From the NCBI GenBank assembly GCA_043228905.1, contig JBHGNT010000276.1, positions 1-40,936 on the forward strand: DNA of 40,936 nucleotides, written 5' to 3'. Numbering within the stretch: the stretch's first letter is position 1; each line of letters starts with the position of its first letter. Made by a program: the position numbers and the translations under genes. Below, piece after piece: positions 1 to 12,800 of the stretch. The notes beneath the pieces were generated by a model. The model had not been told where the DNA came from. It was given only the letters and a program-made list of their open reading frames with translations, and made no database searches. The stretch comes from Azolla caroliniana (lineage: Eukaryota; Plantae; Polypodiophyta).

Positions 1-594
1 GAGAGGCAGAAGTTACGAGCAAAAGCATGAAGAGACATCTAGTATGTGATTAGGGGTGGAGTCAACCAAGAGTTGAGGTAAGCCGATCAGAAAACTGAAG
101 CATTATGGCCAACTTCATTGTCAGTAGGAAAGTTGTCCATGCAACATATGCATTTTTCTATTATTGAATATGATTTCTTGCTATGAACACACATGTCACA
201 TACTAGAAATTTAGTATGCGATTAGGATCCAAATCAAGGTCCACCTTGAGCCTCAATATCTTTGTCTAGACGTGCACATTCTCCCTCCAACATAAACATT
301 GTATGTGCTTTTGAATGATTCATGTTACAAGCATATGCAGAAATGTATCATTAATATGCCAAATTAAGGATAGGGATAGGTCCATTAACATGAATCTGGA
401 CACAGCATTGTCTATCCAGAGTTCCGAGTGTCTAGGGTTATAAAGGTCCAGATCTCTGTGTAAGTCTTTTTCTTCCATTCACTATATCTCTTCCCATATT
501 TCTTAGTGCACTATTCTTCATATGATGCCAGGGACCTCTACCCGTAGATGTGATGACCTCAGTGGAGGGCATTGATTGGGTAGGATGGTAATCC

Positions 595-890
595 TTTAGT
601 CTTTATCTTCTTTAATTTCCTTAATTATGTATTAATGCATGTTAGCTACATGAGTAGGAGGTGTACATGAGATGGTTGTTAAGACTCTCCCTTAATTATT
701 ATTTAAACAGATTATGGCAGGATGCTGAGAAGCGGGTCACAATTTAGTCTTTATCTTCTTTAATTTCCTATGAATTAATGCATGTTAGCTACATGAGTAG
801 GAGGTGTACATGAGATGGTTGGTTGTTAAGACTCTCCCTTAATTATTATTTAAGCAGATTATGGCAGGATGCTGAGAAGCGGGTCACAAT
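595..890 (+). repeat. Tandem duplication (about 148 bp x2) of intron end, splice acceptor and first 33 nt of an HPGT exon
   Basis: 595-743 and 743-890 are near-identical (tttagtctttatcttc...cag|ATTATGGCAGGATGCTGAGAAGCGGGTCACAAT). Confidence 0.95.
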
Positions 891-3800
891 GATGAATATG
901 TTGGATAAAAGCAAGGGAATGGTAATGAATTTCCATTGTTTCTACAACTGCTCACAATCAGAACTTGCTTCTTTTCAACAGAAATAAGGGTTGTTGTTTC
1001 AAATTTTGCCCATTATTTAGATCTGTCTTCTTTTTCAGGGAAATAAGCCTGTTACGGTAGAGGATAAGCTTCAAATCCTGGGATGCAAGTGTGTTGTTGC
1101 AGCATGTATTATGTCAATATGATTGTGGATGCGGATAAGAGTATACTTGAATCTTAGCTAGTGTTTGTGCCTGGCCAGAGATGCAGAAAGAAGATTGGCT
1201 GAATTGGAGGTAGAATTAGCTTCTGCTAAAAGTCAGGGATTCATGAGGAAATGGATAAGCTTAAGCAACGGCAATAATACATCAAGAAGCCCACTTCTGG
1301 CTGTTATTGGCATCAATACAGAGTTTGCAAACCGCCGAAAGAGAGATGTGATTCGGAACAAATGGCTGCCAACAGGTTTAACTCTTTAACTCATTGCACC
1401 TCCTTAAAAAAGTCTCTTTCATATGCACGTGCGTAAGCTCAAATTTGAAATTATGGGATGTCATATTTTCCATTGACTATGTAAAACGAACGGAATGTAA
1501 TTTAAATTCTGGTGGAGCTTGAATTCCTGTAGATAATGGCATCTATAAGAGTCAATCAGTCAGATATCAGTGAAACAGTTTCTTATCTGATCCAGTACAT
1601 GTGAGTACGAAAAGATTCCCAGACACTGGCTAAGTAATGTCCACCTCATGTTCACGATAAATATAACCTGAGCTAGAGTCTTATATGATTCCACCTTGTA
1701 TGAGCCATTGGTGAGATTGACACCTCATTGGCCATCCTTTCATCCCTTCATATATTTTCTTACCCCTGATGCATGCCTGTAAGATCCTCTAGCACATTGA
1801 ATATTCAGCATCCTTGGACAATGTAATGTTATCCCATAGAGAACTTTGACATCTGGATGTGTGGTTGTAGATTTGCTTGGTATAGAGAAGAAGCACTGTT
1901 TAAGAAAGATGCCACACCTACATAGGGTATATCTATCGATTATGTAAGATTTAGAGGTTACTCCTGTTTATAGGGGAAAGATTATACTCCCTGGGCCTAT
2001 GTGTATATAGAGTTGCTAGGGTAACCAAGATTTGTCAATGAGCCCTTTTGATATTTTTAGCATTTCGAGACAGCCTTCAAATATTACCACTTCATCAATG
2101 ATATTTCTATACCTTAAGGGGTAATCATGAATTGCTAGAAAGAAGAAAAGAGGTGATGCTATGGAGACACCATGGTGATCTCTTGGAATGCTTCCATCAC
2201 ACCATGAGACTGGCCTTATGGAACACTAGAGGCCCAAATGGAGCCCATTCTAGGTGAGGTAGACGTATCATTGTATGGGAGCTACAGGGTCAAAGAAGAA
2301 TGCCAAGAGGTTTGTTTTGGTACCATGTGTGTGATGGTGGATTTTGAGGAGTAACAGGACCCAAAAAATGTTTGTGATTCAGTGAAAACAGAGAAGGAGA
2401 TGGAAAAGATACACAAAGGTTTTTGGAGCCCCAAAAAGAATATGTTTTAGGGGCAATTGTATATATTTTTAATAGCATATGATTTTAGGCCATTTGAGCC
2501 AGTTCACACTTAACTGACCCGAATATGTAGTAGAATCTCATAGTTGAGCAATACTGTGAAAGGGCCTTTATAAATGTACAAATGCAGAGGTCTTGAACTT
2601 TTATACCCAACACAGGGAAGCTCTAGCAAATCTCCAGGGGAACAACACTGGAGGCCTAAATGGTGCCCACTCTAGGAAAATGAGGGGCATTATCATATAG
2701 GAGCAATGAAAGTAAAGAGGTGATGCAATGAATACACCATAGTGATCAATTAGAATACTTCCATAACACAATTAGACTTGTGCATGGAACAGAAGAGGCC
2801 TAAATGGAGCAAACTTTAGGTGAGGTAGAGCTATCATTGTATAGGAGCTGAGGGAAGCTCTATCAAATCTCCTCATGAACAACATTTATCATAAAAGTCT
2901 TGCAGTCCCCAAGTACAGGAAACTGCTGCAAGGATAGTCAGACATTCTGGATTCCTACTATAGATGTTGGGGAGGAATAGTTTGGTGTATATAACATTAT
3001 TTGTTGCAATTTCAATATCTTCATTATATTTGTGGAGAATCTCATAGACTGCAGAATTATTTTGTCTCCAATGTGGGGGCCTATTGGGTTAGCATACACT
3101 TAGTTTATGCTCTGAAAAATCCTACTCATAGAGGTACCATTTAGATTGATCTCTTTGATATATGAATCACTAGATTCTGCTATGAGACTTGCACATGTTT
3201 TAACTTCACGCCTCATGAGACTGAACAGGCAATTGGATCACAACCACGAAAAACAACAGCAGAAAACTATGGACTATAAAAACTTAGTTTTTATACATGG
3301 ACAAGACTCTTGGCAAACCCCAAAGTTAGGGAAGTCTCATGGGGATAAGCCACACCAAATATTTGATTAGACTATACTTTTTAGCATATCCTGTGTCTTT
3401 TATATTGTAACTGAACCTATGGATTTCCATCAATGTGAACGTATATAAGATCTCTCATTGTAAAGCGCACAAAAAATCTCTTAATGCACGTTTAGCTTTC
3501 CAGATTTTTTCTCTTGTATTTCCATATCCTCTCATAGAGTCATGAAGGGCTCAAACACAAATCTTCCATAATTAGCAGCCTTCAGGGTTCCCCAGACTTC
3601 AGGTCTCTTAGATTTTCTAGGAGAGATCTATATATTGATTTGAGGGCCTTCTATAGGGTTGTCACATTTTCTAAATGGGAGGATTCACATGGATCATGTG
3701 AAGGAGTATTTTCTTTGATCTACTTGCAAGTTGGATTATAGGTATATTTTTGTCTTTTGTACTAAAAAGACGTAACAGGATAACAATGTTTTATGGGTAT

Positions 3801-5604
3801 CATGATATTTGGTATTCTGGGCTTGATGTAAGTTTTGACTTGTGATGTTGTTCTATGAACACTGTATATTGCAGGTGAATCGTTAAAGAAACTTGAGAAA
3901 GAGAACGGAATTGTGGTTCGATTTGTGGTGGGAAGGAGGTTAGCTATATGATACTACTAGAACAGCATGAAATAATATATGATATGATTCAGTAATGCAA
4001 AAAATGTTTAATTTGTAAATTTCTGACTTGTAGTGCAAATAAAGGGGATAGTTCTGATCGGCGAATAGACTCGGAGAATCAGGAAACTAAGGATTTCCTT
4101 GTACTTGTAAGTTGTGTCGAATAAATCATTCAAACATCAGTAAGAAAGATTATGTGTTAGTTCAGATTAACTATGCAGCTCATCAAAAATATAATATGAA
4201 TGCCATTCGATATATCCAACACATAATTTTACATACTACATACATAGAGAGAAACGTATCATGAACTCCAATCCATCAATGACCTCAAGATTTAACAATA
4301 AAGTCATGAACTTCAAAGGATTCGAGAAATTGGTCTTTCATGTTGCGTCCTTCATACCCACATATCAATTACATTTACAACACTCTCCACCTCTTTCAAA
4401 CTTGCCGACTTGTGGCATATTTCAACAGTGATTCATCATGATATTTTCGTCTAAATAAATAAGAGAAGTTAAAGCTAAGAAGTGTGGAAAAAGAAAAACT
4501 TTATCCATAGTAATTTGATGTTGTACTGCATGTAGGCGGAAAACACGATGTCTATATTCCCATAAGAAAATGAATAATGTATGTTTGCATATTTTTTAAC
4601 GTTTATTTATAGGAAGAACATGTTGAGGTACCTGAGGAATTAGCAACCAAAGCAAAAAACTTTTTCAGTGTAGCTGTAGAGACATGGGATGCTGATTTTT
4701 ACATGAAGGTTGATGATGATGTACTTGTAAATATTGGTATGTCTCAGTCAATCATTTACTTATGATTCAATATCTCACTGCTTGAAATAGAGAAACTAGA
4801 TTTGAGCTTTCTAGCTTGCTGGCATTGCAGATGAACTTAAGAAGTTACTTACAAGTTATGTGGACAGGCCAAGAATATATGCCGGATGTATGAAGTCAGG
4901 AGATGTTATAATAGAGGCGTATGTGGTGTTTTCCTACTTTTGCATTTTTTCTATCCATGGAACTTAATATGATCTTGCAATGGATCAATTTTTATGATGG
5001 ATAATGCATAATCCTCTGCACATCCTAATGTGACTTCTCTTTTTCCAGAGGCCAGCGGTGGTATGAAAAAGAATGGTGGAAGTTTGGTGATGGCAAATCG
5101 TAAGCTATATTTGATTTAGAAACATAAATATATGGTTCAGTTTCTTTTCTCAATGACAAAGTGATTCAAATATGCTTCTTTGTCTCTGCTCCTCTTTTAC
5201 ATATAGATACTTCCGGCATACGAGTGGCCATCTATATATTCTTTCAAGGGCACTTGCTCAGTACATTTACATTAACCGGTAGGCCCTGGCCTAGCAATTT
5301 GTATTTCTAGTTTTGACATTTCAAGGCTGCCATCTTTTTCTTATATGTTTTGCTTACTTGTTGATAGAGATTTTCTGCATACCTATGCACATGAAGATGT
5401 GTCAGTAGGGTCATGGATGCTTGGATTAGATGTAGAGCATGTTGATGAACGACGAGCATGCTGTACCAGCTCTCCCCAAGGTCTTTTTCGCTCCCTTGTT
5501 CCTTGACATATACATTTTATACATAATGTCCTTTTTTCTTTTGTATAACTACATCATGCTGCTTTGTAGTGTTTTCATCAGGTACGATATGCTCCAAATT
5601 TTAG
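858..5604 (+). CDS. HPGT: Hydroxyproline O-galactosyltransferase / beta-1,3-galactosyltransferase (GT31, HPGT clade); 5' partial
   Basis: Exons with GT-AG borders and continuous frame: 858-921, 1039-1088, 1179-1375, 3875-3938, 4034-4106, 4613-4736, 4831-4918, 5049-5099, 5207-5278, 5368-5480, 5582-5604 (TAG). Motifs [18 protein letters not shown]-like coiled coil, AVIGINT, RFVVGRSANKGD, KVDDDV (DxD), [37 protein letters not shown]. The first exon (signal anchor) was not found in the window. Confidence 0.92.
2146..2872. repeat. Diverged repeat copies in the long HPGT intron
   Basis: 2146-2290 resembles 2715-2855 (aagaggtgatgc..caccat.gtgatc...gaggcc.aaatggagc...taggtgaggtaga..tatcattgtat.ggagct). 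A partial third copy lies at about 2615-2705. Confidence 0.7.
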
Positions 5605-8600
5605 CACAACGTAACATCGGTTTTGCAAGTGTTGTTAGAAGAGCAAACTGAGAATATTAAGAACTTCATCCGGGAATTGTAGTTCTTAGTGGCTAATGCT
5701 AAAGAAAAAAAACAGTTTGAAAGCAACCAGATCCCTTGATTGAAAGAGCCTTGTTATAGAACAGCTATAAGCCCCTATAATCTATCATTTTAGAGTTGGT
5801 AACAAATTTGTTTGAATGATTAACCACACACTATTTGGAAATGAAGTAGCACGCATGATGTCTTGATGTGAGAGTGCTTCAAGTATAATAATAAGAAAGA
5901 ATCTATTTAATCAGTTAAGTCAATTGAAATGTGACATCTAAAACAATGGTGAGGGCAAAAGAGAAATGATTCGGGAAACATGGACTGGCCAAGAGAAAAT
6001 GCTGAACCAAACTTATTTATTAGGTTCGTCGAATGTGTCAGACAAAGCAAAAATTATTTAAAAGGTATGATAACAAAAAAAAAACAATCCGATAAAACAA
6101 AATGTATTGGTGTTGTAATGCCTCAAAATAAAACTAAGTAGAGGTATACAAATTGTGAGAGCATGGCACGAGAAAGCTGAAGTCGATAATATAGAATGAG
6201 ATTGAGAAATATCAATATGAGCAAACCATTTGTCAATGTAACAAATGTGGTACAGGTTATCCACCATCATTATGATAATGGAAGCCTTCAATCTTGAATA
6301 TATCATTATTATCCAGGACCTTGCTTGTATTATCATCCATTGATCACTCAACGATTGCTCCACATTCAAAGGTGCCATAATTATTAGCACATTATTTTGA
6401 GCAAATTATCTTCATTTTAAATGGAACCATTAATTCTAGGTTACTACAGTGATTGCTAATCAATATTAGAAGCTAATACATAAGGTATAACTTTGGTATT
6501 GAGATTTTCTCTCTTATTCACAACATTTCTAAAACAAAGGGATTATTAATCAAAAGCTAATGCATGGTTTAGGGGATTTATGATTTGATGGTGGAGTGAT
6601 TTAGTTGCATGGTATAGATTAAAAATGGTGCATAGTTGTCAAATATGGTAGTGTATTAATTAGTACTTCCCTAGCTAAACTTACTTTAACTATGTTTTTG
6701 TATTTGTTAAATACTTCGGTCTATTTACTAAAACAAAATTGATGCGTAAATAATTGCAATACAATTGAGTTAACAATGCAAATAATAGGTCACATTATAC
6801 TCGACAAAGTCCATTTAAGCTATTTATGCTTCACTTCAACAATGGTATTTAAGACTTGTGATCAAATATCATTTTCTCGCAAAAACTAATACCAAATATG
6901 GCCTGCCTAATAATAACAAGATCCTTTAATCTCTACAATAATGTCATCAAGTAGCTTCACTCTGGCTCTATAATATAAGTCAATTTGCAACCAACACATT
7001 TAGGAATTAAAGAGCAAAGCGTTAGCTCCATAACATTTGTAGCTAATACAAACCGTTGAAAGTAAGGCAATGCATCAAATTCTTCAACTCTAACATCAAT
7101 CAAGAATGCAACAAAGTTGTCAACCAGAAATTTTACATGTTCAACTTCAACTTTAAGTTCAATATTCAACTCCTACTTCTCAAAGCTTAAAACCTATAGG
7201 CTATAGCTATAACGTGGAAATCGAATCCAATTGTAAGGACATAAAGAAAGAAAGAAATATTTGTTTACGACGATTTTGTAATCATTTTGAAGTTTACGTA
7301 TACATGTTGGGCCCTTTTTTAATGTGTATGATATTAATGTTTGGAGTTTTCTTTGCGATGATTATGTACTACACGTATATTTTTGTTGTAATGTGCTAAG
7401 TGCGATTACATAGGGAAAAAATGTATAGTACCTAAACATTACATACGTATATGTAAACAACCTTCAATGATGATGTTGAGACACATATAAATGATGGTTC
7501 AATTGCACAATAGACAATCGTATGCAAGGAGATCATGCAACTTGTCTTGTTTATAAGATCTGTTAGATGTAGAATCTCTCTCTCTCTCTCTCATAGACTT
7601 AACTTGTTGGGATACTATGACAAGATGCACCCAAAAATATATTATTGCTCAATGTCATTTAACACTAGAAAACTACCTAGAGCAAACCATACTTGCACAT
7701 TGTGCCCTAATGAGGAGATCAAGGATGTGGAGCAATAGTCAGAGTAATTTCAACAATGCTTTACACGATCAATTACGATACAAATTTTGCACGCCATACA
7801 CACCAACATATGAACAAAGGAGATTCTCTTATGATGCTATTTTGGCTCCCACAAGTCATGTTTCTAGCCTTTAGAGGACTTAGAAACGTCCTTCTCACCA
7901 TATATGTGGCTCTCTCTCATTAAATTTTCTAGTCCTAGTTTGACTCTTATAAAAAACAAAATCTAGTATTAGGACATTTGTATTGAGATGTGATAGAAAC
8001 TAAATCGCAACTTTTAGGGTCACTGTGTGATTAGCAATGCAAATCAAGGCATGAAGACCAATTTAAGGAAACAAGGCATTGCATGCAGAGCACAATTTTT
8101 TGCCTCTTATTTCCAAATAAATGAATGAATTGTGAACTAAAATATTGAAGTGCATGGTATATGTATATACATATAAATATACTAGGAAACCTTGGGCTCC
8201 TCTTTGATCAATGCTAAGGATTGATTCAGACCCCACCCCACCCCATCAACTTCAAGGGTCCCGTGTATCTTCTCATATAGATGGCACCATTTGCAACAAT
8301 ATGATGAACTTTGGCACCTTGAGAGTTTCATACCTTATATGCCCTATATTCGCGCATGGTGGAAATAAATAATAATAAGATTTCAGAACCAAACAAGTTG
8401 AATTTTTTTCTCTCAAAAGTAACCCTAAATTATTTAAAATCAAAAGATAATGCCTAGCCCTTCAATAACTTACCACACCAATGAGAGAGTATCCTTTTGG
8501 AGGTTCCATTGGTTCCATTCTTACATGATTTTCCAAATTTTGGTATTCGTTATTTAAATTGGTAAAAATTTCATACTCATTTCTATATCAACCTATGAAA

Positions 8601-8821
8601 TTTATATAGATAGAACCTATCCATGTTCAAGAATGTTGACACTACGATGGTTATAGACTCCTTGCATTCATTGAGCAAGGGTCGCGAAACAAGAAAGTTT
8701 CTAAACCGAACAAATCTCATGTTAGCGAAGTTTTGTTTAACACGTCTTAGCATAGTTTCATCAAACGTTAGATGAATTGTTTTCTTTTGCAGGTAAAAGA
8801 TTTGAGGGACATGGCTATGAA

Positions 8822-9384
8822 CTAGCAACTCGCAATTGGCAACAATTCAGTTCGGTTTGAAAGTATCAAAATCAAACCATTTAAAACCGAACCGTTTAAA
8901 AAAACTGAAACTTAAATGGAACCAAACCATTACAAAAAATCCAAGCTCGAACCAAATGGTTTTAGAGACTTTCAAATCTTAAAACTATTAAACCATTAAA
9001 ACCGCAGTTTTGCGATTCGGTTTTGGTTTTTAAGTTAGGTCAAAATTCAAATTTTCACATTTTAATTTTAAAAATATTGGTTTTTCAAATTTTAAAGATT
9101 TTTCTTAAAATATCAAAATTAGGCTTAAAATGCTAAAAAAAATATTTAAGAAAATGATCAAGTGTCAATCATAAACCCTCAAACCATTCAAACCATTAAT
9201 AAACCGAATATTGTTAAACCGATAAAGGCTCAAACCGATCTAGTAAATCTCCAAATTGAACAGAACCGTTTACAAAAACCTGAACTGGAACCAAACTGCA
9301 TAGAACCGTTTTAATCATTAAGTCATGGGTTCGTAGTTCAGTTTGGTTCAAAACGAACCGTTGCCGATTGTTACCAGTCGCTAG
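8822..9384. mobile_element. Non-autonomous TIR element (MITE, probably hAT-related) rich in AACCG/CGGTT motifs
   Basis: Left end ctagcaactcgcaattggcaac...gttcggtttga matches the reverse complement of the right end (ctagcgactggtaacaatcggcaacggttcgttttga). Dense subterminal AAACCG/GAACC motifs and an AT-rich core; no clean TSD. Confidence 0.7.
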
Positions 9385-9572
9385 GTTATGTTAAGGGCCT
9401 GGTCGTTTTGACAGATCGGCCTAACCGATTTACGATAATAGAGCAAGGAATTGCAAAATCAATATTTGACCAACGGGTTCAAGATAGTGAACCAGTTTGG
9501 AAGGATGGGTAAGCCCAATTATGAAAGGGTTCTTCTATATTTAGTTAGAACATGTTTGTTTGTGTTCTAAGT

Positions 9573-9660
9573 GGGGGGGGGGGGGGCGAGGGCCAATTGT
9601 ATAAATTCAAGTAATTGTGAGGCCAGTTTTGGAAGTAGGCCAAATATAGAAGAGCTAGAG

Positions 9661-9693
<33 letters not shown>

Positions 9694-9703
9694 GTCTCTC
9701 TCT
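9573..9703 (+). promoter_or_regulatory. Poly-G tract, TATA-like motif and (CT)n/GAGA microsatellite upstream of the PMIR gene
   Basis: G run 9573-9586, tataaat at about 9602, (CT)n 9663-9690, about 190 bp before the ATG at 9881. Confidence 0.5.
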
Positions 9704-9880
9704 TTGTCTCCTTCGTCCTCTGCATTTACTTCCTCTTCGATTCATTCTCCTGTCTTCCGCTCTGTGTTTTGCGACACAAACCCACATCAGAAATCAGAAA
9801 CCCACATCGGGTATACCATCAGAAAGCGAAGAATTTCTTCTTGATTCTCTCTTCCCATCGATCTTTTGCCCTTTCCTGAG

Positions 9881-12800
9881 ATGCCTCCTCCCAAGAATAC
9901 CAGTCACAGCAAGTCCATGAAACCTTCAGAACATCGCTATCTTGGTAGCAGCAGGAAAGACCCACCAGCTCGCGCAGGTCCAGGAATGGCGGCAGGAAAC
10001 AACACTCTCGGCCCCACAGGTGCTGCTGCTCAAGGTGTTTCGCATAGCAATGGTCCGGGTGGGACTGCCCCTCTCCCCCCACGTGGTTCCTCCTCCTCCT
10101 CCTCCCCGAGATCTCTCCATCCTCGGCTGAATCCTCCTCAGAAAGGATCCGAAAAACTGTCGTCGGATCGATCCAAACTATGGCAATCTCCATCATCATC
10201 TCTGAGAGAGAATCAATATAATTCTGCTTTACTTAAAAAACCCTCCCCTGTTCAGAAGGAGACTACCCAACATCAACAAAAAGAGACCCAACAACAAAGA
10301 AAAGGCTTTTGGAATTGGAGACCATTCAGGGCTTCCTCACCAGTTCCCACTCCGATGACACCACCACCACCACCACCACCACCACCCAATACTACCCAAA
10401 GAATGTGTTTTCATGTGCTTTTTTCTCTCCATGTGAAAGCCATCCATGGTCTCCCTAACTCTATGAATGGCCTTCGCCTTACCATTCATTGGAAGAGAAA
10501 AGAAGAAGGCCTCCAGACCATGCCTTCTCGTATTATTCGAGGCTCTGTGGAGTTCGATGAAACGCTTCGTCAAAGATGCATCGTTTTTGGGACACGAGAT
10601 ACGATGCCTGAGTGTGCAAACAGGCTTGACCATGCTGCCATCAAGTATGAATCCAAGCTTTTCACTATCTCAGTCATCGCCCTTGATGTGGATGGGTTAG
10701 AGCTAGGTCAACATCATGTTGATTTGAGTAGACTTCTTCCTGAAGAGGATATTGATGATCCGAATGTCCGGCATGGTAGTGGTTGGAGTACAAGCTTTCA
10801 GCTCTCAGGTAAAGCGAAGTCTAGCTATTTGGATGTCACTTTTAACTATGATTTGCTCCATTATGAATCCTCGGAGGCCAATGAGGATAATTATGGTGAT
10901 GGTGATGGTCTTACCAACGAAGGTGTTCTTGGCAATGATAGTGTTCTCACTAAGAATTCTGTTCTTATCAATGATGGCTTTCTCACCAATGCCATCAATG
11001 ATTCTCTTGAGTCTAAACAAAGTTTACCTCAAGATTCAATTACTTCCTTTGAATTATTGGGAGAGAAGAGTGGTAATTCAGGCCTTGAAGAAGAATGCAC
11101 TCAATCTTCTTTAAAAGACAATGAATTAGATGATTTTACTCTACAAGATGATCAGACTGAAAAGATTGAAAGTGCTTTTAATGAAATCCAAAATACTTCT
11201 AGTCATGAAGTTTTAATCATGTGTGGGTATGAAGAATGGACCGAAGAATTAAAAGAGAGTCAAGTTACTGATGTGAAAGTAGTAGGGAGTGGACCAGGTG
11301 AGTTTCCTTCATCTAGAGGCCTTCCACAAGATAGTCAAACCGAACAAATTCAGGGTACATTTGCACAAATTGAGCGTACTTTTGCACAAATGGAAAGTAC
11401 ATTTAAGCATGAAGTGCTAGTGAATCATGGAACCGAAGAATGGAATAACGAATCCGAAGAGATTGAAGGAGTAGGAATCGGAGAAGAATTGAATAAGGAA
11501 AGAAAGCCAGAACACGAAATGGAGACAGAGTTTGATGATGAAATAGAGTTAGTGGCTGGAGAATTCTTAGACATGTTGGATATTGGGTTTGGGTCAGGTA
11601 ATTCAAATTCTGAAGGTGAGCCAGACTCTCCCCGAGAAAGATTGCTGAGGCAATGCATAGACCTTTTTGCAAATGAAGATACAACTACTATAAGGCAAGA
11701 AAATGATATCATTCCATATGAAAATGAACTTCATGAGAATTGGGAATCCGATGGAGACATGCAATTGGCATCTATTATGGAAGCTGCCGAATTAGAGCTT
11801 CAAAAGGCAGCTCAAAGCATGAAGAGCAAATCTCGAGCAAAAGCCTTAGAGGATGAAGAAACACAAGCTTTGATGAGAGAGTGGGGTTTAAGTGAGAAAG
11901 CTTTTCAAAACTCTCCTCCAAAGCCAAATAGAAGCAGTTCAATGTTGGGTCCACACTTGCCCATTCCACCTCCCCTTGGAAATGGTCTCGGTCCGGTGTT
12001 GAACTTGAAAGATGGTGGATCGTTAAGATCTATGAGCCCTTCTCTTTTTTCTAAGAATAAAACCAGTGGTGGTGGCTCATTGGTAATGCAAGCTTCCAAA
12101 CCGGTTGTTGTGCCTTCTACAATGGGCACCACTACTGTAGAAATTTTGAGGCATTTGGCTTCATTTGGTATGGAAACCCTTGGAAAACAAGCTATGGCTG
12201 CCATGCCTCTACAGGATATAACTGGTATGTTAACAAATGAAACTATTGCAATGAACATCCTTGAGGATCACGTGGATCAAAGTCGTCTTCAACATGGAAA
12301 TAGGTGAAGAAAAAAGTATTCGTTTTCATTAATTCCTAAATGCCTTTCCATATATAGTTCTTTGAGAAGACAAAGAAATATAAATGGAACAGACAATTTC
12401 TTTTTGAACAGTCATCGAGGCAGTATACTAATAGCAGTTTGGATCTGAATGATTTTTTTGTCACAGGAATCAGAATTCATCCTTTATGGGGATCCAAAGT
12501 GAAATGGGAGTTGATAGGGCTGGATCAAGAAAAACTCCCTCAAACAATCAGTCAAAGGACAAGTTAGTTGGAGGTTATGATGACTATGTGTCGCTTGAAG
12601 ATCTAGCACCGCTTGCGATGGAAAATATTGAATCGCTTGCTATTGATGGATTAAAAATACAAGCTGATATGCCCGAAGAGGATGCACCTTCCTATTTAGA
12701 TGCAGCTGCTTGGGGCATTCTCGATGACACAAAGAGAAGAGAAGACAAAGATAGCATCAGTTTGTCCGATGGTGTGGCTGGCTTGCATTTCAAAAGCTTG

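Noticed and set aside
6180-6420. Gag zinc-knuckle-like remnant (PCLYYH..DH..NDC)
   Set aside because: It needs multiple frameshifts and has no supporting LTR or pol sequence nearby.
12412-12448. Alternative acceptor or micro-exon in the PMIR intron
   Set aside because: Use of the AG at 12410-12411 leads to an in-frame TGA; the 12467 acceptor gives the continuous ORF.
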